From NCBI GenBank assembly GCA_000091205.1, contig AP006491.2: a stretch of 64,000 nucleotides of DNA; one strand, given 5' to 3'. The notes below the pieces were generated by a model. It was not told the origin of the DNA. It searched no databases and saw nothing but the letters and a program-made list of their open reading frames with translations. This DNA is from Cyanidioschyzon merolae (taxonomy: Eukaryota). Position numbers and translations under genes: made by a program. This document shows, in pieces, positions 1-11,218 of this stretch; position 1 is the first letter of the stretch, and the number at the start of each line of letters is the position of its first letter.

Positions 1-2072
1 ACTGCGTAGACCGGTGGACGATTCGGCGAATGCTGGGCCGCGTTGTCCTCCGGGGTGCCTTCTTCATCGTCGGCATCTGAGGCTTGGGTTGCGTCGTGGG
101 CAAGCGACTCGGTACGGCACGCACTCGCGTGTTCTTCTTGACTGTCGCTCGTATGAGGGGCGATCTCTTCTAGCCGAACGATTTCGACCGGCGCGAAACT
201 CTTCTCGTCGGGCAGAATCGCTCGGGCTGGTGAGGCCGTGTACAGTAGCGCTTCCATTTCGCGCAGGCGATCTTCACTGGCCAAATGCTGGCAAAAAATA
301 TTCCGATCGGAGCATTTCATATTCGTCTCGAGCACCTCAGCATACACCATGAAAGGCACCCGATCCTTGCTGGACAAGATGACGCATTCGATCGAAGCGA
401 TCCGCAGCAGCCGCAAAACGGACTCGTTGCTTCGCGAGAGCGGCAAGTGGATAGATCGCAACGCGGCACGCGGGCAGCGTGGTGCAACCATTGCAGCGCT
501 AACCTCGATATCTTGCGCTCCGAGCCGGCTTGGTCGTCCCTCAAAGCCGGCTATTCTGCGGTAAATTAGCTCGGAGAGGTCTTCCAATCGAGATCTAAGA
601 ATTCTCTCCCGTTTGCTCGGAGATATGGCTCGCAAATCCAGCGAGATGCGCACAAGCGAGCGGAAGAAGTAGAGCATATCGTTGAAGTAATCGAAGCGTT
701 CCTGTTTTGCTGCAAGCAGCCTTGTATGTTCGAGAGCCGAGGGAGGCCACTGCGAGCTGGGCGAGCCTTGCGGCAACGAGCGCGGCGATGTTTCTCGTGA
801 CGCGGGCATGGCCGTCGGCGAATGTGGCGCTGAACGGCAGAGGCGATCTGCCGCCATACCTATCGCGCTTTCCGCCAGAGCACGTACGTCTGTCCACGGC
901 CAGCCAGCGGCTTCATCGTGCGATTCGTTGAAGGCGTCCGCTGAAGCGGCTGTGCCCTCGCTTTGGGCATCGTCGCTCTCGTGCTGTAATCGTTCTGTTT
1001 CCGCCAGCCACGATGTCTCTGTACGCGTATCCAGTGAACTTCTCCGCGATGTTCTCTGCTTCGCCCTCAAGTCGAGAGAATGGACGCGGCGGTGCCTACT
1101 CGATCGCCTAGACCCACCGCTGTGAAGGTGCATTGCATTCTGGTTCATGCCGTCCTGCATCGCGAACAACGATGCACTGGTGTTCGCGCCATCGTTGGCT
1201 TGACATCGGGTCGCACGTCGGGTACATGACGCATCCTCAAGACGCACAGGGGTGAAGTCGTAGCCGAGCAGCTCCACGGTGGCCGGCGGTGAGCCCACTA
1301 GCATAGTGCTCGCATAGCCGTTGACGGCAGCTGTTTCGCAGCGCGTGCGCAGCAACTGGCAGCGCTTCAGCATCGAGCGATGCCGCGTATCCTCACTGGC
1401 GGCTTGTAGAAACCAGTACACCTGAAGCGCGAAATGCATACTTTCTGCACATTTGTCCATGATGAATTTCTCCAAAGCAGATGTTTCTCTAGCATGGAAA
1501 ACAAGCAGGTTACACAACTGCGGCAGGTACAGCTCCACATCCTCCATGTCCAGACTATACAGCTCATTACAGATGTAGTCGAAGACGCCACGCACAAGGC
1601 GGTATCGATACAGATAGGTGACGGCCATCCATGCATCGAAAAAGTCCGAACGGAACAGTCGTAGCAGCCAACTTGTCGACAAATCCGTGCTCCTGTTCGG
1701 GGTCGGAATTGAAGTAGAGGGTTCACGGTAAGCGAATCCCTCTTCCGAATCCCTGGTCTCCTTAGACCGTGTCCTTGATGGCGATTCCAGGCCGTCGCTT
1801 GCTGCTTGCGAGTGTAGGCCATTCGTACTCACCAGCGGCTCTGGAGCGTGCGGCTCGTGCGTTCTCGCTGTTGACAACTCCAGGCGAGCAGTGGCTTGTT
1901 CCAGCACTTGCTGCAAGAGTGTTTCCACCAGAGTTGCTATCTCGCTCGCACGCATTTCCTGCCCTTCTGCTCGCCCAGAGGCGAGAGGGCACGCCGCGCC
2001 CCCCGTCTGAGGTTCCGCAGCCCGAACCTGGTGAGCGCTGCTTCGCGCAGGCCCCTTCTCGAGACTGGCCAT
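1..2072 (-). CDS. Phosphatidylinositol 4-kinase beta (Pik1/PI4KIIIbeta-like), 5' part only; the ORF runs off the left edge of the window. Start codon probably at 2072-2070, alternatively 1955-1953.
   Basis: Translating the minus-strand frame whose codons end at coordinates congruent to 2 mod 3 gives an open frame of about 690 codons from the ATG at 2072 down to position 1. It is absent from the ORF track because no stop falls inside the window. It contains a PI3K/PI4K accessory (helical) domain signature, 'EDVELYLPQLCNLLVFHA...FALQVYWFLQAASED'. Further on it reads 'IHLPLSRSNESVLRLLRIASIECVILSSKDRVPFMVYAEVLE', which matches the PI4KB N-lobe segment '[26 protein letters not shown]'. Confidence 0.6.
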   Translation of the reverse strand, partial: MASLEKGPARSSAHQVRAAEPQTGGAACPLASGRAEGQEMRASEIATLVETLLQQVLEQATARLELSTARTHEPHAPEPLVSTNGLHSQAASDGLESPSRTRSKETRDSEEGFAYREPSTSIPTPNRSTDLSTSWLLRLFRSDFFDAWMAVTYLYRYRLVRGVFDYICNELYSLDMEDVELYLPQLCNLLVFHARETSALEKFIMDKCAESMHFALQVYWFLQAASEDTRHRSMLKRCQLLRTRCETAAVNGYASTMLVGSPPATVELLGYDFTPVRLEDASCTRRATRCQANDGANTSASLFAMQDGMNQNAMHLHSGGSRRSSRHRRVHSLDLRAKQRTSRRSSLDTRTETSWLAETERLQHESDDAQSEGTAASADAFNESHDEAAGWPWTDVRALAESAIGMAADRLCRSAPHSPTAMPASRETSPRSLPQGSPSSQWPPSALEHTRLLAAKQERFDYFNDMLYFFRSLVRISLDLRAISPSKRERILRSRLEDLSELIYRRIAGFEGRPSRLGAQDIEVSAAMVAPRCPRAALRSIHLPLSRSNESVLRLLRIASIECVILSSKDRVPFMVYAEVLETNMKCSDRNIFCQHLASEDRLREMEALLYTASPARAILPDEKSFAPVEIVRLEEIAPHTSDSQEEHASACRTESLAHDATQASDADDEEGTPEDNAAQHSPNRPPVYA

Positions 2073-2910
2073 GCCAGTGCTGCGTCGCACAGCCGGTGCA
2101 GTCAAATTTTCAGCTATTCCCCGCACAATCAGGAAACGGCGTCCTTCAGGCCCTGTGACGCAGAAGGTTTCTGGTAAAAGCTTGCGGTATACCTGGCTAC
2201 GCCACTGAGACTCCGAACCCCAGAAACCTGCACCCGTGAAGATCCCGCTCCAGGTACAAGTATTCCAAGCAGTTGCGTCCCGAGAGACCGTGCAATCTTC
2301 TTTGGTTGCTAGCGACAGCAGCTATCGCCGTCCACAAGCTCTCAAGACCCGCTCACCGTTCGCCTGCGTTGCCTGGGGAATCCGCTCGACTCGCCACGTG
2401 CCCGTACAAGGCGATCGATCTGAAACGGTCGCGTAGAACACCGGTGCCTGGAGCACTGGGAGCGCCTAGAAGGGGTGCAACCGAGGTTCCTAGACCGTGC
2501 TTGCCACAGGACATTAGCGAATACTGGAGCGGCAGCAGCGTTCGTGACAGGCGTATTCAAGGTTCCTAGTTCGTAGTTTCGGCGCTACACCAGCAGAAAC
2601 TGGAGCAGAACATATTCTCTTAGCAAGCGACACGGGAGGTTTCCGAGGTTGCGAGGTGGTGGTGGTGCTGCTGCTGCTGCTGCTGACGCTACAGCAGCGG
2701 ATTTTGGAGCAGTAAACGGGACAGGCAGCGATCGAAATAAGTAGCGGCATTGTATGGGGGATCGTTGCAACCTCTCATCTAATTGCTGGCCGCTTACTCA
2801 TTCGAGGAAAGCTATTCTGAAGCACCGCTCCACCACTGTACAAGAGTCACCGGCCTGCAGTCTATATTATTGGACTGCGGGTTCACGGATAAGTATCACA
2901 GACTCTTAGC

Positions 2911-3750
2911 GTGCTGACAAGAAGACGGACACCGACGATTCCTCTTCAAGACGTGCATATGAAGGTTGCACGGCGCGTGTGTGCTGCCGAGGCCGAGGTC
3001 CTGGCCCAGAGCGATGCAGTATCCTGGGTTGACGCTGGCTCTGGCGAACGCCGGGTGCGTTTAGCGGGCTACGGCTCCCTTCTGAGCGTCGCATCGGCAC
3101 GGAGGACGTGCCCACAGCTGCGGCACCACCGGCTTGCCTGGGTCCAGGGCTATCGTCGGATTTTTTGCCTCGTATCTCTGACTTGTGTGCGTCGAGGTCC
3201 GCCGTACGCGGACTGGCGCACGCGTGAAGTGGCGGCCTGTGCAGCGTTTCCAGGCGATTCCGAGGATCGCCTCGCGGTTGCGCTCTTCGATATACCCGCG
3301 TCGGAACTGCAGGCGTATCTAGAACGCGAGTCGCGTTACGAGTTTACCGTCGTGAATTGCCTCGAGGCCGACTCCAGTGGCATCCGCAAAGCAATCATGT
3401 GTGTTGCACCATTTGACCGGTGGGCGGTGGCGTGCCCCATACGGGAACAGGGTCCGCTGCATGATGCCGGCTGTTGGCATTGGTACAGCGGACCTCTGTG
3501 GCGAAAGGATGTGCTGCCCAGTGCTCCCTACCTGCACCTTTGTTTGCGAGCAGCTGCTGCCTTTGACGTGTTGGACGAATTTCTCGATGCATCTTATCTC
3601 GCCGATGGGTGTACGACTTTGCGTTCCTACCTTCGTTCCTTAGATCAATGGGGTCCTGCGGCGGACCCAATATCTCTCGAAAAGACGCGTAAGCTGCAAG
3701 GAAGCGCAGATGGATCCTTCTTGATCTTTGCAGCTGGGAATTGGAACTAA
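2911..3750 (+). CDS. ChaC/GGCT-like gamma-glutamylcyclotransferase family protein (tentative)
   Basis: 279-aa ORF containing 'VRLAGYGSLLSV', which resembles the 'fGYGSLiW' motif of ChaC/AIG2-fold proteins. A later stretch, 'LQAYLERESRYEFTVV', resembles the ChaC '(Y)LxxRExxxYxTxxVxF' block around the catalytic Glu. There is no other long ORF at this locus. Confidence 0.4.
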   Translation: MLTRRRTPTIPLQDVHMKVARRVCAAEAEVLAQSDAVSWVDAGSGERRVRLAGYGSLLSVASARRTCPQLRHHRLAWVQGYRRIFCLVSLTCVRRGPPYADWRTREVAACAAFPGDSEDRLAVALFDIPASELQAYLERESRYEFTVVNCLEADSSGIRKAIMCVAPFDRWAVACPIREQGPLHDAGCWHWYSGPLWRKDVLPSAPYLHLCLRAAAAFDVLDEFLDASYLADGCTTLRSYLRSLDQWGPAADPISLEKTRKLQGSADGSFLIFAAGNWN

Positions 3751-4115
3751 TCCCAAAAGCGTCTCTGTCGTTTTTTTTCTCTGGAGGGAAGACTGTCGCA
3801 CGAGACAGCAGCCGGGCGCTAGCGCACGCTTTCGGTGGTTCGCAGGCTCGCTATCGAAACGCCACCTCCATGCCACGAAGTCTGGAGCTGCATCCACATC
3901 GTGCAAAACAGGTTCGTCTGCGATGCGCCACGAGCATTGGCAGTCTTGCTGCGAACGGCCCGAAACGGCTGTCCCGAGAACGTCACATGCAAGCCCCAGA
4001 ACGAACGGCGGCCGCCGCACATACGCTGTACCGATCCATCGTGAATGCTGGTACCAGTTTCGTGTTGGAAAATGTTCAGTACTTTGCAGGCACTCAAATT
4101 AAATGCATATGTGAT

Positions 4116-5030
4116 CTATTTCAAGGGTGCGTCAATGAAGATCGGCTGCTGCTCGTGGAGATCGATCCAGTTGTCTGCTGCGAGTCGAAGTCGTGCCTGA
4201 AAGAGCGCGATATCCGCGGACTCCTCCGGATATACCGTGCCATCTGTCTCATATATGTTATCGAACCGCACGTCCTTGGAGCACTCTACAATAGGACAGG
4301 TAATGCAGCGGACCTGAATCTGCATGTTCACACAGTTCGCCAACCTGACCTGCTGCGCTGCCGCAATGCGCACGGTGCAGTTGGCGCACTGCTCCAGGCA
4401 GATCGGTCCCAGAACAACTCCGATACAGAGACTGGAGCCTTGCGTATTCCGGATGAAGACCTGAGCAAAGGGCGCGCATGCCTTCACAACGCTGTTGCCG
4501 AGCGAGCATAGGTCCAGTGTCGTTGCTGCGAAACCCTCAGCAGCCCGAGGCACTCGGTAAACTTCTCCAACGCCATTTCCACACACACGAACAACAGCAT
4601 CGTTTGGCGTCATATTCTGGCCTTCGAGCACCACGCTGGTATCAGCAGCAGCAGCAGCAGTGCTCCTCGCTCTAGTGTCGCCATCCGGACAGGGTAGGCA
4701 CGCACTTTCGTGAACCGGTTTCAAAACAAGCCGCGGAAAATTTTGAGGTTTCTTCTCACTTACAGCAGATATTATCTCGCTTTTTCGTTGAATGCAAACT
4801 CCAGGAAAATACTGGTTGCAGTTTGAGCGGGCCACGGCAGTGTCCGCGTCCTTGGGGACTGTGGCCTCTGGCTGCCCCCGGCGGCTGCCAGACAACTCGT
4901 GCTGGTCACTTGCATCACCCGCGCACGGTTGGTAGCTACCGTCCAAATCCCTTTCCGATATAACTGACCCATCTCTATTCGTTTTGCTCCGAATCAGCGA
5001 CATCTTGTCGACACCCGTACCTGCGAACAA
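4116..5030 (-). CDS. Hypothetical cysteine-rich protein (CxxC clusters 'CLEQCANC', 'CITCPIVEC')
   Basis: 304-aa ORF that lies between neighbouring genes without overlap. I cannot assign a family from the sequence. Confidence 0.3.
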   Translation of the reverse strand: MFAGTGVDKMSLIRSKTNRDGSVISERDLDGSYQPCAGDASDQHELSGSRRGQPEATVPKDADTAVARSNCNQYFPGVCIQRKSEIISAVSEKKPQNFPRLVLKPVHESACLPCPDGDTRARSTAAAAADTSVVLEGQNMTPNDAVVRVCGNGVGEVYRVPRAAEGFAATTLDLCSLGNSVVKACAPFAQVFIRNTQGSSLCIGVVLGPICLEQCANCTVRIAAAQQVRLANCVNMQIQVRCITCPIVECSKDVRFDNIYETDGTVYPEESADIALFQARLRLAADNWIDLHEQQPIFIDAPLK

Positions 5031-5559
5031 CGCAACACGAGTGCGTTGCCCGTTGTACCCGCGCTCCCTGGTGCGACAAGTCGCCGAGGAAGCGCGCGCG
5101 CCATTCTACGCTCAGCGCCGATTGCGTTCCTGATCGCAGAGGGCGCTTCGAGCCGACCTCTGTATCCAGGTATCGCAGTATTGCACTGCTTTGATGTCGC
5201 GATGGCGGACTGCTGCACATGCTAAGGTGTAAGGAGCGTCCACAGCAGGCCTGGTACTCGGAAAATCGCTGGATCAAGACTGCGCCCCTCGGGCGGAGCA
5301 CGAACATGAAACTACTGAGACCTGATTGCATCGCGCACGTGCTGGGGCCTCTTCGTCGGTCACTGACAGCACACGGGCAGCAGGGGGTGGGATTTGACTG
5401 GAGAATTCGACGCTGCAGCATCAAAAACTTTTCAAACTCGTATTTGCGCCAGATCATGTCTTGCGTAGAGCTGAGGCTCTTATCTGTGTATCTGGAAGCG
5501 CTCGCGTATCCCCCAGGTTTATCACAGATCTCGAGTTTGCACGACACTTTTGTGAGTCT

Positions 5560-7440
5560 ACAATGGAGCGCTGACCAGCTCGCTCTGGTCCTTCATCTCG
5601 ATATTTCTCCGAACTCGTTTTAGATGTGTCGCAGCGGGATTCAATGTGCAGCAGGAAAAGAGAATGCGTCGATGCGCGGTTTTAGGATTCCCGGTCGGTT
5701 CCTCGGGGTATGATCCCTCGACGCTTTGCCGCTGGGATTTGTGATCGCCATTCGAATCAAGACCATCCAAGACCGCGCTGAACAGCGGTCCGTAAAACAA
5801 CCGATGCCATCATCCAACTCATGTGTACAAGCCTCTGCTCTTCTCCTTTTCTGACGCGTAGCAGGCTCAAATCACCCATTCTACAAATTATCGATCTTTC
5901 TACATGAGCGCAGCAACACTCACAAGAAGAAAAGCTCAACATCGACCCGTGACGACTTGCTCTCAAGCACACTCCGAAACTTCAACGAAGTCGTCAGGTC
6001 AAACTAGAACCCACTCCGTTCGTACGATCCACCCCTCCCTCTTTGTGGCTATCGACGCGTCGACACTCGACAGCAGCAGCACGGAATCGCTCACGGGATG
6101 CGCTTCCGGGCGCTCCCGTCTCTTCAGTTTGTAAGGAAGGGGGCCCTTGGACTCGGAATTCAGTCCTCGCATCGATCGCCTCCGATGGAGGGTGCGTCAC
6201 CATTTCGCACAAAGAGACCGTTCGCTTGTCAAAGTGTCTCGGCTTGCTCTCCCGCCTGGATCTTCCGTTCAGTGCTTGTTCCATCACGGACCAGATCGCA
6301 ATCAGCATATCCGCTTCTGTTCGGAACACAGCAGAGAGTTTAAACAGGTCGTCGTATACACCCAACTTGTTTCGTATGCTGCAACTCGATTGAGAATGTC
6401 TCCGCAGCAGTGAGGAACGGGTTCAGGGAAGCAAATGCTCGTTTCGATCTCTCGACTTGTCCTCGACACGCACTGGTGCCCGACGCTCTTGGTGCCGAGA
6501 CTGCGGCCACCGGCTCGGCGGCGGTCCACAGAAATCTCCAGCTCAGGTGCCGGAAAGTTTCCAACCGCCCTCATAAACCAAGGCCACCTACATAGCGCCG
6601 TCGAGCGCTTCATGAGGCGCGTCCTGCGAGCTTCATGCCTGTTGTTCCCTCCGTTCACCGGCCCCAAACAGTAGGGACTGGTGTGTAAGAGGCCTGCGGA
6701 CGTCGATGGAGGCCAGCGCCGACCTGGCAGCCGCGGAGGACATCGAACTGGTAGCGAGTGTGGAAGAGGTGCCGCAACGAGTACGAGAGGCGCCTCGGAT
6801 CGTCGGAGCTCGTGGCGTTGGTCTCGACCTCGCAGCGACGGACGACGTATCTAAAAGATGGTCGGAACGTGGTGTCTGTCCTTGTTGCGCCTTGTGCGAT
6901 CTATCTACTAGAGCATACACCGAGAGCAGGCATGGATGCCCCGAGATGCCCATCGATGAGCCGAGCACGTTGTCCGCGCATCAGGGCCACGGATGCACGC
7001 TGAAACCGAGAGAGAAGAAGAGCGTGAACCAGAGCCGCATGCACGAGATGGTGAACGGTACGTTCATCGAATGTCAGATGAGGAGGCAATCGAAAGCGAG
7101 GTGCTATCTACGGAGTGCTTTTGAAAGCAGTCACGCGCGCAAGCACTTTCTGCGGCGACCCTTGAACGCCTTGATCGACATCCGGAACGGTCTCGTGCTT
7201 CGGGGGCGCGTAGCGGGTCTGTTTCGAGTGAAGCTTCCATGGAAACGTTTAGCACTTTTTTGGACATTGTGCTGAATGTCTGAGGCGTTTCGATTGAGAA
7301 AATCAGTGTCCAGGAGTGAGGACATTGGACTCTCGACGGAAGCAGGGCACTGGTATCATCCAGGCAGCATTCTCGAATGGCTGGTGCGGCGTCTATATTT
7401 AGATACAACGAGAACTGTATTCCTTTGTACATGATATTTA
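5560..7440 (+). repeat. Family-A interspersed repeat, copy A1 (about 1.9 kb, near full length, forward orientation)
   Basis: About 97-99% identical to 18800-20700, and in inverted orientation to 27330-29180. The short ORFs on both strands are shared between copies, for example 'MFYGPLFSAVLDGLDSNGDHK...', 'MDSEFSPRIDRLRW...' and 'MEASADLAAAEDIELVAS...'. The left terminus begins 'aatggagcgctgaccagctcgctctggtcc'. Confidence 0.85.
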
Positions 7441-7616
7441 CAGAGTCTAAACGTGCTGCAATAAGGCTAATACTTGCTTTCCGCACAGAAAAGTCGTGAG
7501 TTGGCGCATCGAAAGGGCCTCCTGCACCTGCTCCTTGTCCCCTTCGCGCGTGAACAAGCCTTTCCCTGTCCTTTCGGAAAAAGTCTCGCACCAGTGCATT
7601 CACGATCTTGCCCAGT

Positions 7617-8240
7617 TTACAATTCATTTCGTCGTTCGACGATGAAAACAACGCATTCCACCATATCCTGCACTATGTAGGAGACGAGGGCCCTCGTATC
7701 CAGGGGCTTTTGCGGACGCCCGTTACAGTTCTGCGAATCGATGATCCACCAATACGCTGAACTGTTGGTCTCTGTAGCACGACGAACCGCTGCCAGCCAG
7801 TGCCTCTGCGAGCGCCATAGCTGCCACCACCGTCGGTCCGATTCCACTTCATTGAGGAGCAAACCAACCACATTGGGGCCACTCAGGCGCCGCAACGCTA
7901 CATCGGTGTTTTTACAGTTGAGGGTATCGACGCAGAGACCCTGGCGCGCAACCGCAGCGCAAACAACTTCGGCACCATAGCACCCGAGCCCGAGACACGC
8001 CTTATGTCGTATACCCGGCACTATCGCCGAAACTCCTCTCGCGATCGCTTCGAAGTCTTCCACAGCATATACCGGCCTTTGAAGCAAGTTGTTTACGGCG
8101 TGTAGACCACACTGGTACCATCGCTGTTTCTCCAGAAACGCCGGCGGCTGCACCTGAACCTCCGACGCTGTCATCGCAGAGGATGACTGGTACGAATCTT
8201 TCACTCCATTCGAGGTCACACTTTTACGGCTGCTTTGCAT
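7617..8240 (-). CDS. Josephin-domain (ataxin-3/JOSD-like) cysteine protease / deubiquitinase
   Basis: 'EKQRWYQCGLHAVNNLLQRPVYAVEDF' matches the Josephin N-terminus 'EKQEGSLCAQHCLNNLLQGEYFSPVEL', with a catalytic Cys in the 'QC..H..NN' context. A downstream 'H-W' region ('RHWLAAVRR...AYWWIID') matches 'EHWFTVRK...QWFNLNS'. Confidence 0.6.
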   Translation of the reverse strand: MQSSRKSVTSNGVKDSYQSSSAMTASEVQVQPPAFLEKQRWYQCGLHAVNNLLQRPVYAVEDFEAIARGVSAIVPGIRHKACLGLGCYGAEVVCAAVARQGLCVDTLNCKNTDVALRRLSGPNVVGLLLNEVESDRRWWQLWRSQRHWLAAVRRATETNSSAYWWIIDSQNCNGRPQKPLDTRALVSYIVQDMVECVVFIVERRNEL

Positions 8241-10060
8241 TGCAAATATCGCCCTTCAAGAAAGCATCCAAGCAGTGCCCAAGCTCGAACGTACCTCGAG
8301 CGCAGGGGTCCCAGTCACTTGACTTACACCCTACGCGGTAAAAGCGGGCTTTTCCAAAGAAGCAGCCACTAGAGCACTGAGCACCGTCGTCAACACGAGC
8401 AGGCACCAGTTCGTTGCTTTCGACAAGCCAAGAGCCTTTAGCGCTTGATCTCACATACTCCCGCAGGCTGCTCACAAGCTGCTGTATAACACAGCGTGGA
8501 CAGCGACCTATCTATTTCAGTGCCGCTGCAGCCCTGGTAAGCATTGTTCTGCAAGATCGCATCACTGCAGCAGCGATCGCTTTTCGAGCACGCCATAGCG
8601 ATGGCCTCTGTCCATCGAAAACATTCGGGAACCGGCTGAACGTACGAGACGGCCATTACATCCTGGGCAAGCATTGCTGGTGGCCGGTGGAAAGCCTGGA
8701 AGGATGGTGCGGAACCATGGACGCTCTCACAGGTGTCGATATCAGTCGTTCCATTTGTGATCCCTGGTCGATGGATACGTTCTGGGGATCACAGAAACGG
8801 TGAGGGCCGTCATGCGATGCACCGTCTTAGGGCGGGTATTGCATCCACAAGCACAGTAAATGTAGGTGGAGCACCCGTGCCGCCACGTGTTTTTGTTCGG
8901 ATGGAGCGTGAGGAAAGCGTACTTGTGAAAGACGTCTTGTGATTAAACGGAAAGATCCAGCTGGCGATCTTTCTTCGATGTCGTGGCGCTGCAGCAAGCT
9001 TGCCCATTGAAATGCAAGCTCCAAAACATTTGCGAAAGAAGATGTGCTTGGCCGTCATGATGCAGCTGCCGACATGCTCCCGCCAGTTTTCGAGGTTGCT
9101 GGACGACGCGCGAGGACCCTCTATGATGCCTGCCGCACCCTTATCGCTTCTGCCCGGGGACCGCGTGACGCCGGACTCGCCTGCCCCATTACCAAATCGA
9201 ATCTCGAATGGAACTTTCATCAAACGAGTTTGCGTCACTCCGGTAGACTATGCGAAGCAATATCCGCGTGCTTGCTCGCTGCGTGCTCATTAGCCAGCAA
9301 CGTCGCACTGAACGGACGAACAGGTCGTGGACGATACCACCTGACATCTACATTCCATATGTAACACCACGCAGGTTGCATGTCGTTTCGGAGGACACAA
9401 TCGGAACTGCTTCGCGCCGTACGCCAAACGCAGCTGCGAGCACCAAGAGTGCAGTCGCGGCAGCACGACTTTATCAGTTGGGATGCTGGGATCCATTGTC
9501 CCCGGCAAGCGTGTGCGAACGGATTAGACGCTGACATGCGACGCGTTCGCCTTTGTGTCTCTCGCTCAAGCATTATGAGTGCGATGCAGTTTGAAGGGAT
9601 TTACGTTCAGTGAAGGAGATGAGTGCGGCAACACCGTTGCGGAAATGGACAGGCCCGCTGATGTACCTCTCGGCGAAAGCGACAGATTCCTGCTCCAACA
9701 GAGACATTTGCTTGCACCTGTTTCGCATAAGGTGCTCAAAGTGGTTACGCGTGTGCGCATGGTGCGTTTCTTATCTCGCAGCTTGCGCGTCAGGAACGCG
9801 TTGACGCAACAACAGTGCGTGATCGCACGTGAGAAGCAGAGGCTGGACGGCCTGGAGTCCAATGCGGCCGAAGCCGAACTTATTCCCTTCGGTGCTCGTC
9901 CGCGAGTAAGTAAGATATTAATTGGAAACGATTGATGGAAATAGACTCGAAAAAAAGACACAGAATGAGGACACATAGATAGTATCGGCTTCAATAACCA
10001 GTGAAAACGACTGAGATCCCCGTCCAGTAAGAGTCAGAAGTTGCAGATGCTGCTCATTCA

Positions 10061-11218
10061 TTATCTTGAATCATAGAGAATCTTGCATTGTAAATTAAAA
10101 CAGACGGCTGCCGAGGGTCTCAGCGGTCGAAACTGCCCACAGACCGCACAGTGGCCCCTTCTCAGGAGCATGCGATCCGCACACTCCTCGATGACGGACT
10201 CGGGGATCTCACCTGCTCGCCGGGAAACGGTGCAGGGACGTTCCTCACCAAGCCGGAAGCGGTTGCTTTCGGCAAGTTCTGGCGGTACGTTTGTTCGTTT
10301 GCGGCTGCTACGTCGCAGTGGTGCCCCAGGCGGTGTGCGTTCAGCCGCCGCCAGTGCCGCAACCGGTGTGCAAGGTCGCTCGACAGCATCCGCGTCGGAA
10401 GTTATGGCTGCCGACTGCGCGATTCTACTAGTCCTGTTTTCAGATTCTTTCATAGGATCCGTATTCTTCATATGAGTGTCTGATGCGTTTCCAGCAGTAT
10501 TCTTTCGGCGACGACTCCTGCTCTGTTCAGAGGCCGAGGTGCCCGATCCGGTGCACGACGAGGCGTCGGAGCAGGAGCGGCGATGCGTGCAGCTCCTCTT
10601 CGACCGATCTTGCTCGAGGTCCTCACAAATCGTCGGATTGTCTAGTTTTCGTGCACTGCAACTCCGGTACGGCCGACCAGATTCTGAGCAACCTGAACTT
10701 GGCGTAGCGCTCCTTCGATCCTCGGCAACTAGCCGTCGGGGGCTTTGGGAAATGGTTTCCGTATTCATCTCATCCGTTGCGACCCGTCCAATTCCAGCCA
10801 CGGGGTTAATATGCATATTCTCGGGCGGTTGATCGGATTCTCTTTCCTTTCTAGACCGGGTGCGAGTCGCTGGACCTAGCGCCTTGGCCGCTGGCTTGGG
10901 CTGGGCTTTCGTCGTTGGTGCCCGCCGCCCGCCCTTGGTTTTCAAACCCTCGCGCGGTAAGTGCGAGATCTGCCTCAGGTTTGAACAAGGCCTGGGTGTG
11001 TTCTGCACGTACAACGCCTCGTCTTCAATGGGCGCGGCAACAGTCTCTTTCGTAAGCGTCTCACCGTGGCACTCTCGAGAAAAGTCGTCACCCTGCGTAG
11101 GTGTCGACTCTCGCAAGCAGTGCCAGCCTCTGCCAGCAAAAAGCTTCCCACTTCTCCGTCTTCTAGAGGAGCTTGCGGCCGACATGTACGCCACAAGCTG
11201 GTTCACGGGAAAATGCAA
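10061..11218 (-). CDS. Hypothetical Ser/Arg-rich low-complexity protein with a C-terminal CxxC...CxxxxC element
   Basis: 385-aa ORF, the longest at this locus. Strongly biased composition (S, R, T, P). No family signature recognised. Confidence 0.3.
   Translation of the reverse strand: MHFPVNQLVAYMSAASSSRRRRSGKLFAGRGWHCLRESTPTQGDDFSRECHGETLTKETVAAPIEDEALYVQNTPRPCSNLRQISHLPREGLKTKGGRRAPTTKAQPKPAAKALGPATRTRSRKERESDQPPENMHINPVAGIGRVATDEMNTETISQSPRRLVAEDRRSATPSSGCSESGRPYRSCSARKLDNPTICEDLEQDRSKRSCTHRRSCSDASSCTGSGTSASEQSRSRRRKNTAGNASDTHMKNTDPMKESENRTSRIAQSAAITSDADAVERPCTPVAALAAAERTPPGAPLRRSSRKRTNVPPELAESNRFRLGEERPCTVSRRAGEIPESVIEECADRMLLRRGHCAVCGQFRPLRPSAAVCFNLQCKILYDSR

Noticed and set aside
2651-2690. 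Microsatellites (GGT)4(GCT)6 at 2651-2690, (CAG)6 at 4640-4660, (GCT)5 at 47140-47160
   Set aside because: These are short, ordinary simple-sequence tracts. They are noted but not functionally interpretable.
6706-7275. The 189-aa ORF 'MEASADLAAAE...' and the other ORFs inside family-A copies, read as protein-coding genes
   Set aside because: They are retained only because the copies are nearly identical. They overlap equally long antisense ORFs, show random-GC-like composition (R/S/A-rich), and give no family motif I can recognise. They are kept as repeat content rather than CDS.
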